The position numbers and the translations under genes are program-made. The notes beneath the pieces are model-generated. The model did not search any database. It saw only the letters and a list, made by a program, of their open reading frames with translations, and was not told the DNA's origin. A stretch of DNA of 64,000 nt. Origin: Pristiophorus japonicus. Taxonomy: Eukaryota. The stretch is from positions 84,816,001 through 84,880,000 of the forward strand of contig NC_091988.1 in NCBI RefSeq assembly GCF_044704955.1, written 5' to 3'. This document shows, one piece after another, positions 53,200 through 64,000 of this stretch. Numbering within the stretch: position 1 is the stretch's first letter; every line of letters begins with the position of its first letter.

Positions 53200-55679
53200 T
53201 TTGAAATGTGACTTGCTTGAATTAGTCTTTGGTCTTGGTGTTTTGAACTTCAATTGTTTCAAAGGCCCTTTTGCCTGTGTTTAAATTCCACATTTCCCTT
53301 GTAACTGTTTTTATAAAAAAAAAATGACTAAATTTCTAGTGCAGCTGCTTGTGCTATCATGATACTGGTCACGGCGACCATCCCACTCCCACTTTCCCTA
53401 ATGAGCCCCCATTCTCTCTGACTGTTTCCAGCACATTAGTCGGTCCCGGTTCTCTGATTCAGTAAAATGGCCTTTTGCCCATCTGCAATATTTTACATCA
53501 GTTAAAGGCCACAGGGTTTTATTTTCATCCCAAATTGGTCCCAGTAGTGTGCAGATCATTGTTGGAAGGTTGAAATCCCAGCTGGAACATAATATTGAGT
53601 GAAAAATTGGGTCTGCCTATGTGGCCCTCCTTGGTAGAGCAAGGCAGCTGATGCTCACAGGTGAAGAATGAATGAGTTTGGGCAGCCAACACCCTTGTAA
53701 CTATTGGTGTGAGTCAACCATTCAGCAGAGAAAATGAGGGCCAGGGTGGAGTTACTGCAGATTATATAAATGTTTGCAAACTGTTGCTGGTAATGGTGCC
53801 ATTCAACTGGGCTTTCTCCCAAAAGACTGACTCACTGACCCTCGAAGCTCCTTTACTCCCTGCACCTGCTACCTATTTCCTTTCCCCTTCACTTGATTGA
53901 CAAACCTGACCGCACAAATAATACATGGGAGAAAAAATCCAAACTGAAGTGTAGCCTCGATTTGGCTGATTTCAATAGTCGCAGGTTACTTGAAGTGGGT
54001 TAGTGTTGCAGCTGCTGACGTATGCAGGAAGAGGATTTGGGAAGTGAGGGGTGAAATTCTTCCAGGAAAAGGAAGACCAACCAACGTAACATGGTGTTGG
54101 AACAAGTGGCGGTGGTGAGGGATGAATTATCATAAGCTGCGGAGAGATTAAGGTGGCAGACCAGTGCTGCCAGCTTTCTCCATTCAGTGAGCAGGTCCCT
54201 GGGCTTAGTGGCCGCTGCCGCCATCACAAACATTGGAGCGAGGTCTGGGGGACAGTGTTGTGTTCAGATCACAGCCACCATTTTTGCTCGGCTGGATTTC
54301 CCACCTAATATGGTGTGTTTTTTTAAAGCTGACTTATTAAAGTTTTTTAAAATCTTTGAGAATGCTGAACCTACTACCACTGAGTGGTTGAAACAAATAG
54401 CATCGATGTATATAAAGGGAGGTTGGACCAGCATGTCAGAGAAGGGATATGCTGCTAGATTTCAATGAAAGACTGGAGGAGGCTCGAGTGGAGCATGGAC
54501 TGATTGGACAGAATGAACTGTTTCTGTGCTGTATATCCTGTGTAAAATCCCAGGCTGCTTGGCAAGCCCTTTGCAATATTTTTGCAGACCATTGGTTGAG
54601 AACCTCTGATCTGAAAGACATGAGACCAGATTTGGAGGCCTAGATTTTACTGATTCTCACCACCGGCCACTTTGCGGTCAGTTGAAACTCAGCAGTACCT
54701 GAGTTTAAAAGGATGGAATCTGCACGCATACAGCACGGTAGGAGGCCACTTGACCCTTTCTGCCTCTATTCAACATAGAAGCATAGAAAATAGGAGCAGT
54801 AGTAGGCTGTTTGATCCTGTACCACCATTCAATATGATCATGTCTGATACACTCCACACCATATATCTGCTTTCTCTCCATACTCTTGTCTTGCTATATC
54901 TCAAATATATTCCATGACGTGGTCTCCACAGCCTTCTGTGGTAGAGAATTCCATAGGTTCACCACCCTCTGAAGAAATTTCTCATGTCCTCAATTTCCTA
55001 CCCCTTATCCTGAGACTGTGACCCCCTTGTTCTAGACTTTCCAGCCATGGGCAATATCCAGTCTGTCCAACCCCATCATCATTTTATACATTTCAATGAG
55101 ATCTCCTCATTCTGCTAAACTCTCGTGAATACAGGCCTAGTTGACTGATTTCTCTCCTCATATGACAGTCCTGCCATCCCAAGGAATCTGTCTGATGACC
55201 CTTTGCTGCACTCCCTCTATGGAAAGTATAACCTTTAGTACGTTAAATCTATCATCTGGTGATTGACCCTTCTGCTAGAAAGTGTTCTCCTCCCCATTCC
55301 TTATGAAAACCTTAATCAATTTTTTGCAAAGTCTCTATATTAAATCTCCCCTTCACAACTTTTCAAATAAATAAATCTCCACTCCTCTGGATTAAATACT
55401 GTGCCTTTTTAAATGGATGTAAGTAATAAGGAGCTGCTGCCATCTTTCTACAGAAAGTAGATGGGGTGAGAGACACCCAGCATTCAGTCAGCCAGGAAGT
55501 TGTGTGAGCAGGTTCTAGTCTCTCTCCAGTGCCAAGGGAATAGACCAAAGCAGCATCTCCTTAATTGGCCACTGCAGATAGGTTTGTTTTAGCCTCCACA
55601 TACTGTAACTTCACTAAATGTGTTCCACATTTAATATTCCTTTAGGGTTAGTTGTAATTGTCTTTTTTTTTTAAATAAG

Positions 55680-58115
55680 TTTCTACAGGTACAAAAAAAG
55701 GACAAGAATAGTTAAAGTAAATGTTGGTCCCCTAGAGAATGAGACTGGGGAACAGGGAAATGGCAGACATTGAACAAATATTTTGTATTCTTCATATTAG
55801 ACAAAAAAAAAATTCCAATAGTGGATAATCAAGGGGCTATAGGAGGGCAGAACAAGCTCTAAAGAAGTGGTACTCAGTAAAATGATGGGTCTAAATGTGG
55901 ACAAGTCCCCTGCCCCTGATGCCTCACATCTGAGGGTTTTAAAAGAAGTGGCTGCAGAGATAGTGGATGGATTGTTGTGATCTACCAAAATTCCCTGGAT
56001 TCTGGGGAAGTCCCAGCAGATTGGAAAACCGCAAATATAACTGCCCCTCATTTTATAAAAAAAAGAGGCAGTAAACTCTAGACCAGTTAGCCTAATATGT
56101 CATTGGGGAAAATGCTGGAGTCAATTAAGGAAGCAGTAGCGAGACATTTGGAAAAGCATAATTTTATGAAGGGGAAATCATGTTTGACAAATTTGCTGGT
56201 GTTTTGGTGAGGATGTAACGAGGTGTATGAATAAAGGGGTACCAGTGGATGCGATGTATTTGCCTTCTGGAAATCTAAATAAGGTGCCATATTCATCACA
56301 AGCAGTCCCTCAAAACTAGGATGACTTCTTCCACGCCAAAAAAGGATGAGTTCACAGGTGTTTGAATGATCCCAAACTACATCCTGAACAGTGGAAGATA
56401 CCAGTACATGGATTTTATTAAATGTTGGTGGCTGGTGTGTAACGGCCACCACATGGGCTTGACAGCTAGGTCTTGGTCCAGTGGCAAGGGTTATCCAAGA
56501 CGACTGGAGACCTGCTCTGCTGCACTGGTCTAGTGCGCGAACACATCGCAGTGTGGGCTGGCCGGTGCTGCCCCTGGCCCCGAACTCTCCTCTCCTGGGC
56601 CCCGATCACATCCCTCCAGTCTCTTGCCACTCCTGATGTTTCTGCCAATGCTCCAATCACTGACCTGGACATTTATGTCACTGGTCACCATCCAGCACCT
56701 GATGGTCTCCCTGCAGTAAGCTGGCTGCTGCGCATGCTCTCTGCCCTGCAGCGGGACAATGGAAAGCGTTGACACATCGAGGAAGCCCCGCCCCATCACT
56801 CCCTGCTCCGAGGTGGGTGGACTTGTGCAGACCAAAGATGGCGCCCGAACTCACTGCAACCCCCGACAGTAACAAAGGCCCGTCCATGCCCGAAGGTGCC
56901 CCGCAGCCACTGCCGCTGACTCTGGCCAAATCCCCCACCTTCCTGCACATGTACTTGAGTGCAAGTCTGCAGGGAGGTTGTGCGCTGCCCAGGCCACTCC
57001 TCCATCCTCCATGGTGGCTGCAAAACTTGCCCATACACCAGTAATCTCCCACGTAGAAGGTTACTGCACAAGATAAAAGTTCATGGGGTTGGGGGTAACA
57101 TATTAGCATGGATAGAGGATTGGCTAACAGAAGAGTTGGGATAAATGGGTAATTTTCCAGTTGGCCAACAGTAACTAGTGGAGTGCTGCAGGGATTTGTG
57201 CTGAGTCCTCCACTATTTACAATCTATTGATTTGGATGAAGGGACTGAGTGTAATGTAGCCAAGTTTGCTGCTGATACAAAAATGGGTGGGAAAGTAAAT
57301 CGAGAGGAGGACACAATCTAGAAAGGGATATAAACAGGCTAAGTGGGCAAAAATTTAGCAGCTGGAGTATAATATGGGAAAATGTGAAGTTATCTACTTT
57401 GGCAGCAATAATTGAGAAGCAAATTATAATTTAAATGAACAAGTGCTGCAGTACAGAAGGACTAGGTCGGGGATGGGGGGGGTGGTGGTCTTTGTGCAAG
57501 AAACAGTTAGAATGCAGGTACAGCAAGTAATCAGGAAGGTAAATGGAATGTTGGCCTTTATTGCAAAGGGGATAGATTATAAAAGCAGGGAAGTCCTGCT
57601 ACAACTGTACAGGGTGTTGAGGCCACACCTGGATTACTGCGTACAGTTTTGGTCTCTGTATTTAAGGAAGGATATACTTGCATTGGAGGCTGTTCAGAGA
57701 AAGTTCACTAGGTTGCTTCTGGAGCTAAGGGGGTTGACTTATGAAGGTAGGTTGGGCCTATATCATTGATGTTCAGAAGAATAAGAGATGATATTGAATC
57801 ATAAGATAATGAGGGAGCTTGACAAGGTGGATGCAGAGAGGATATTTCCACTCATGGGGACATAGTTTTAAAAGGGTGGCCCCTTATTCTGAGACTGAGA
57901 TGAGGAGGAATTTCTTCCCGAGCGTTGTAAATCTATGGAATCTCTGCCCCAGAGAGCTGTGGAGGCTGGATCATTGAATATCTTTAAGCAGGTGATAGAC
58001 AGATTTTTGAGCGGGCAGGGAAGTGAGCTGAGTCCATTTTCAGATCAGCCATGATCTTGTTAATTGGCACAGCATGCTCGAGGGGCCAGATGGCCTATTC
58101 CTGCTACTATTCTTC
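55680..58115 (+). mobile_element. Old degraded CR1 with nested insertion, unit 4
   Basis: Most complete version of the shared old CR1. Boundaries approximate. Confidence 0.75.
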
Positions 58116-60296
58116 TACTTGTTCTGGGCTCCCTGACCAGCGGAAATATTTTTCCCGACCAATTCCTTTAAATCTACATATCAATTAGATCACCCTTTAA
58201 CCTTCTTTACTCAAGGCATACAACGTAGTCTCAGCAGCATGTTCCTATAATTTAACCCTTTTAGCCCCAGTATCATTCTGATAGATATTGGCCAGAACAC
58301 AGAGCACTGCCCTGCTCTTCCAATAATCCCATGGGATATTTTACGGCTGCTCGAGAGGGCAGATGGTGCTGCGGTTGAATGTCCCATCTGAAAGATGAAC
58401 CTCTGCCAGTGCAGTGCTCCTTCAGTACTCAACGAGTGTTGGCCTGTATTTTGTGATGCAGTCTCTGGAGTGGGATTTGAATACATGATCTTCTGACCTC
58501 AGGTAGGAGATCTACCCACTAAAGCAAATTCCATGTCTGATCTCCTCAGTACTAAACATTTTTAAAGACACTGACTCTTATGGTATTCAGAGCAGAAAAT
58601 CCCAGATTTGATGCTTGGTCTGCTCAGTGTTAGCCAATCTCAGCAAGTGGAACAGTGTGGTGGAATAGAGTTGGCCTCTGACCCTTGGCTAGTGAGGAGG
58701 CAAGTTAGCTGAAGATTCTTGTTCCTGATCACCATCTGAACACCCTGTCTGGAAAGTGCAGTTGTGAGGAGTGGATTCAAATTTATGATGCTGTTTTCCA
58801 ATTTCCCCCACCCCCAACCCTACACTCCATCTCCCAGCTCCACCCAGGGCCTGGAATCAGTATAAAACTCCCCTCGGACTGTATTTGTAAACTTTTTATA
58901 TATGTAAAGCACCATGATCTGAAAACATCTATGTAGCGCCATGTATAATGAAAGTTCTGTTTAGTAATGTATGTTGCAAAGAAATCGAACTAACCTCACC
59001 CATTCCATGTACTGTATAGTGCCATATGTAATGTAATTTGATGACTGTATTACAATGTATCCTGAATTGTACCTCTGAAATGTAAAGCAAGCAACTGTCT
59101 TGAACAGAACTGCCGTCAGTATCTAAATGTATTGTATGGATTTGCTGACCACATCCAAATGTACTGAACTGCTTTCCTATGTATTTTGTAAATTTTATAT
59201 TCATGAAGTATATTTTGAAATATTAAAAAAAAAACTCCACTTCTAGCTCCACTACACTCAAATAGAGTGAAAATACTTATTGGCTATCGTTCTTGTGAGC
59301 CCAGCCAATCAAGGTGAGGAATCTCTTCGAATCAAAGCCTTCAGGCGAGGAGAACATTGGAGTCGGGAACAAAAAGACCCAAACTGAAACAAGTTGAACT
59401 TTCTCCTTTTGGCTTCTGGGATTCAAGGTATGAATTTGACCAAGCCTGATGAAATGGAAGACATAACACTCTCTTTCTCTCCTATTCTTTTTTACTTCCT
59501 GCTTTTAATGGCCTTGGCTGAAATAAGTTTGAGGATAATCTCCACTCTTCCCAACCCAGACCCACAGCACAAAACTAACTCTCAATCAGGTGCTAAAAAT
59601 GGCCGGTCTCTCTCCCAGCTCTCGAGGAGTGTCTAGTGTGAGATGGGGTAATGCTACACTGGTGTAGGGGTTCTTGACCATGTCTGCGCTGTGTTAATGT
59701 TCATTGTTGGGGTCAGAATTCCTCTCCCAAATCTCCACCCAATAATGTAAAATGTCTGGGAATCTGGTATGAAAATGACATTGTGGGGAAAACTGGCTAG
59801 CCCTGGATAGAGGGTTGCCAACGCTCTAGGATTACCCTAGAGTCTCCACAAAATAAAGATTAAATCTCCAGGACACAGAAAAATCACAGGAACATTAAAA
59901 TAAATTGTCTTTTTCATTTTATCTGAGCACGTCTGTTTATTGATGATAAAAATATTGGAGAAAGGATAAAATGGTTGTCTGACTGGGAGTCAAGAATCAC
60001 TTGAGTGGATAAGGAAGCGAGTCTGCTCTCCAATCAGGGTGGGAAGGTGGGGTGTCCTCAGGATGAACGTGTTGGTGGAAGGATTGGAGGTCATGTGATG
60101 AAACCTCCAGGAATATGTCCAAAGAGGAGTTGGCCACTCCGCCTGGGTTACCGCCTCCGCATCTTATCCATTCATAGAGTAGTTTTATCTATTACACGAA
60201 GCAATCACTCCTGGTGTTGTTCATAGGAAGTACAGGATCTCTTTCTTGATCGCTATAGGTGCCCTGTGGAAGATTATACACAATAAAGGCCCAACA

Positions 60297-60580
60297 GGTC
60301 ACCCATGGCTCAATAGGTAACATGTTCGCTTCTGAGTCAGAAGGTCGTGGGTTCATATCACACTCCAGGGAGTTAAGCAGGTAATCCAGGCCAACACTTC
60401 CAGTGCAGTACTGAGAGAGTGCTGCACTGTCGGAGGTGCCGTCTTACGGATAAGACGTTAAACTGAGACTCTGCCTGTAATTCTGACATTACAACAGTGA
60501 CCACACTTCAAAAATACTGAATTGACTGTAAAGTGCTTTTGGATGTTCCGTGGTTGTGCAATGTGCTATATAGACACAAG
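60297..60580 (+). mobile_element. tRNA-derived SINE, unit 4
   Basis: Homologue of 14068-14352. Confidence 0.6.
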
Positions 60581-61155
60581 GGGTGAGATCTTCGGCTTTC
60601 CGTTTTCAGGGCGAAAACAGAGGCGAGGCAGGAAATTTACTGCCCAATTAACGTTAGCGATTAATTGCTTAACTTTCAACATTTCGGCTCTGTGCCAGAG
60701 ATGGAGCGCAAAGGGAGGCGTTGAACTACTTTTGCAGCGCAAAAACAGGAACCTCGCCAACTTTAGTGCGGGGCCAGGAGCGCTCAGAGAGAGGCCTTGG
60801 GAGGGGAAAAAACGTCAAAAAAATCATTAAAGAAACATTGACAACACCCTTACCTCACAAATCGCTGCAAAAATGAAAACATTAAAAACTTTAACTTACC
60901 TTTTTTCCAGTTTATCCAACTCACCACCGCCGACAGGGCTGTGTTTTCCCTGGTGGTCATCGTGGGGCGCGTTTCGTGGCGTACGGGTCGAGTGAGACTC
61001 GAAACTCGCAGCGGTGTCACAATGCGAGCCGGTGTTTCTAAACGCCACAGCAAAAAACGAATCGAGGATCGCGACAGGGTGAAAAACAGCAGACCGACAG
61101 ATTTTTCGCCGCGGAGTGTAAAAACCCGGTCGCAAATAACCCCAAAATCCTGCCC
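60581..61155. mobile_element. Harbinger-like MITE, unit 4
   Basis: GGGTGAGATCTT...AAAATCCTGCCC with AAG duplication. Confidence 0.62.
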
Positions 61156-62889
61156 AAGTTCTTTCTTTCTTTTCACTGGGTGTACAAATGGATTGTCCAT
61201 TTTACCGTAGTAAAACCACACTAAAACATGGCACATCGGGACACTTCCTCCAATGGGGCCGCGCCACACTACCTGAGCACAGCTTCTGCCGAAACCAAAC
61301 CACAAGTTCCTGAGGTGGCGGTTAATCCCCCCAATAAACCACAGCCAGCTTCCTCCACATCTTCCTGCCAAGGTCATGAACAACACACCACAGCACTCCA
61401 TAAACCAATTAATCAGCAAGGCCAGGAATTATAGCAGGGCATTGGTTGATTTTCCCCCCCTTCCATAACCAAAACTAAGACAAATTGATCAGCACCATGG
61501 CCAAGATTAGTAAGCTCAGGACAAGTTCAGAAGTTAAATGTGGTGTCTGCTTGCCTGTCTGGTTCAGTTCCACCCTGTCCATCCTGAGTGAACCATTGGG
61601 TCGTAGATCAGGAGTTGGGATTCCAGGGCTGGGACTAAGGAGTGAGCAGGGGACGGTTGGAGAGGGGGCGGAGGGCTCCGGGAAGGTCCCAGAGTAGCGG
61701 AAGAGGGTGGGGGTGGGGGCTGGTTTGGCAGGTTTCGGACAGGGGTGAGGAACAGTGCGAGTGGTGAGGTGCTGGGGCACATAGTGGCCAGTTGAAGGGG
61801 AAAGGTGTGGGAACAGGGGCAGGGGGTGGGTGGGGCTAGGAGGTAGGTAACAGACATTGGGGTGCAGGAATTGTGGATGGGGTGGGGTCAGTAGGTGGCA
61901 GCATCAGTGGGGGGAGGGGGAAGGGGATAGTTAGCAGGGTGCTGGAATTGGGGATGGGGGTGAGCTCAGGAGCCAGGAGTGGGAGCGGAGGGAAGCTCAA
62001 TTGGCATAAGAATTTTCAATGATAATCGAGAGAGAAGGAGAATTCGGAAATAACTTGACCTCTGACCCAGGGCCATCGAAGACAAATATTCACAGGCCAA
62101 GACTGAGTGCAGCCCACGGGTTGGGAGGGGTCACTCAGCCTTCCTGTCTCTCCTCCTCGGTCTTGTCCATGCTCAGGTGGCCCTGGAGAGGGAGCATGCG
62201 GTGCCCATCGGTACACTCGAGTCCTCCTGCAACCGATGGGTGCCGCAGGGAAAGGAAAGTCTTATCGACACGAGTAATAATATTGTGATTTACATTATGA
62301 GTTTATTTTAGTTTAATAGGTGATGATGTTTAATTATATTAGTGGTGCCGCCTCAGTTTGAGGGGCACTTGTGCAGCTGCCTCTCTGTTGGTGGAACTGG
62401 GCAATCTAGCATCACTTCTATTGATTTATTAAAATAAACCAAGACTTGACCAATTCTCTACATGCAATCAGCTATTGGACCTCAACAGTTCACTACAGAC
62501 TGCATCAGGCTGCAGGGCAGTTATCCTGTTTAGATCTGAATCCAATCTCACTCCGAACAAGTCTCCAATCGTTTTAGGGTCTTGCAGCAAAAGGATTTTA
62601 AAAGAGCCCATGTACAGCTTTAAAACTAACAACAACCTGCACTTATGTAGTGCCTTTAACATCGTGAGATGACCCAAGGTGCTTCACAGGAAAGTTATCA
62701 AACACAATTTGACACTGAGTCACAAGTGGAGATATTAGAACAGGTGATCAAAAACATGTCAAATAGATAGGTCTTAAAGAGCGTCTTACAGGAGGACAAA
62801 AGCAAAAAACAGCAGATGCTGGAAATTTGAAATAAAAATAGAAAATTTTGGAAATACTCAGCAGGTCAGGCAGCATCTTGGAGATAGAA

Positions 62890-62931
62890 ACACAGTTAAC
62901 GTTTCAGGTCGATGAACTTTCGTCAGAATGT
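62890..62931 (-). ncRNA. Degenerate minimal hammerhead-ribozyme-like motif within a Penelope-like fragment
   Basis: Minus strand reads CUGACGA-A-AGUUC-AUC-GACCU-GAAACGUU-AAC. Confidence 0.35.
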
Positions 62932-63452
62932 AATGTCGATGACCTTGCATCAGCGTCTGAAAGGAGGAGAGAGGCAGAGAGGAGGAGAGGCTCAGGGAGG
63001 ATATCCCAGAGCTGAGGGCAAAGGCAGCTGAAGGCACAGCCAGCAATGGTGGAGCAATCGAAATCAGGGAGACGCAAGAGTCCACAATTGGAGGAGCGCA
63101 GAGATCTCGGAGCGTTGCAGGGTTGGAGGAGCCAAGGCAGGGGCGGAGTCGGGCAGTGGTACAGAGATGGAAATAGACTTCTTTCAGTGAAACATTATCA
63201 AAGCTCTTAATAAAATATAGTTCTGTATTTATCTGAAGTTGGAAAGTTTGATTAAATTTACATAGTTTGAACAGAATGTATGTTCTTTAGGTGTCTGTAT
63301 ATGTTTCTTTCATTACATTCTGTTTCAGTAAACCTTCAGTACATCAAAAACAAAAGGAGAACTTGTCTTGTTCCCATAGACCCAGATAGTCTCCAGCCTG
63401 GAGCATCTCCCGATCACTGACCCAGTCTGTGTGAAAAACTTTCTGGAAACAA

Positions 63453-63544
63453 CCAATTAGTAAGATTGTTGGATAGTCTATTGGTTTAGTTGAACCACAC
63501 CTGCTCCAATTGTTTTCAGGTGACGGCAGGCTGTGTGTATAAAA
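63453..63544 (+). promoter_or_regulatory. Proximal promoter of ZP3 copy 5
   Basis: Same layout; TATAAAA 63538-63544. Confidence 0.65.
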
Positions 63545-63596
63545 GGGGATCAGGGGACTCCCCACAGAGCACAGTTGAGCTGTAGTAGTTTGTGTT

Positions 63597-63962
63597 ATGG
63601 GGCAACTAGTGAAGGGTTTGGGTGGAGTTGTTTGTCGCTCTGATACTAGGCTGCGGTTTAGAAACTGGGACTTCCCATGGAGCATTGAGAAGGCCGCTCG
63701 TGTCCCTCCTGGCCCAGCTTTTGGTTCTGGTTTCAGTAAGTCTGAGGGGCGAAGTGTGTCTCCACTGCAGACTGTGATGGTACAGTGTGGAGAGCAGAAC
63801 CTGCTGGTCAGTGTACAGATGGATTTATTTGGAACCAGGCACCTGATTAAAGCAGCTGATCTGACCCTGGGGTCAACAGGTTGTCGGCCTACTGGGGTCT
63901 ACTCTCAGAACCACACTGTCCTATTTCACTATGGGCTCCATGAATGTGACAGCACAGTAAAG
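63597..63962 (+). CDS. zp3: ZP3-like, copy 5, exon 1 only (gene runs off the window); signal peptide shortened by 6 aa
   Basis: 366-nt exon ending AAG|GTAATG like the other copies; lacks PLLVLI and has C>R in VVCRSD. Confidence 0.85.
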
Positions 63963-64000
63963 GTAATGTGATTCTTGATCTAAAACCTTCTGCAAACAAT

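Larger units (their letters stand above)
1..64000 (+). repeat. Tandem segmental duplication (ZP3 array)
   Basis: The window's first bases (tgcctctctgttggtggaactggg) recur at about 16155, 34017, 48782 and 62378. ATG-to-ATG spacings are 15414, 18597, 14769 and 13597 bp, with collinear intergenic repeats. Confidence 0.95.

Noticed and set aside
1-64000. CRISPR array, retron or other prokaryotic RT-linked system
   Set aside because: No regularly spaced short repeats; the DNA has spliceosomal introns, and all RTs are CR1 or gypsy type.
1-64000. Array as a pure assembly artefact
   Set aside because: Units differ by many substitutions, private insertions, deletions and inversions, more than two haplotypes could supply; exact copy number and order remain unverified.

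Overview
Eukaryotic (vertebrate) genomic DNA; the repeat families suggest a cartilaginous fish (inference). The window is a head-to-tail tandem array of zona pellucida ZP3-like egg-coat genes on the + strand. Four copies are complete, with nine coding exons, an intact spliced ORF and 455-456 aa (ATGs at 1220, 16634, 35231, 50000). Exon 1 of a fifth copy (ATG 63597) carries an in-frame 18-nt deletion in the signal peptide. The duplicated unit is about 13.6-18.6 kb and carries shared old repeats: CR1 and L2 fragments, a tRNA-derived SINE, two MITE-like elements and a Penelope-like terminal fragment with a hammerhead-like motif. Individual units have unit-specific insertions: three young CR1 LINEs just 3' of the gene, and a Ty3/gypsy LTR element inside a SINE that itself contains a fourth CR1. 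Copy-to-copy comparison shows mosaic units, micro-inversions and microhomology deletions. One 320-N assembly gap is present. I found no evidence for a wholly new enzymatic system; most short ORFs in the track are antisense, intronic or transposon-derived.
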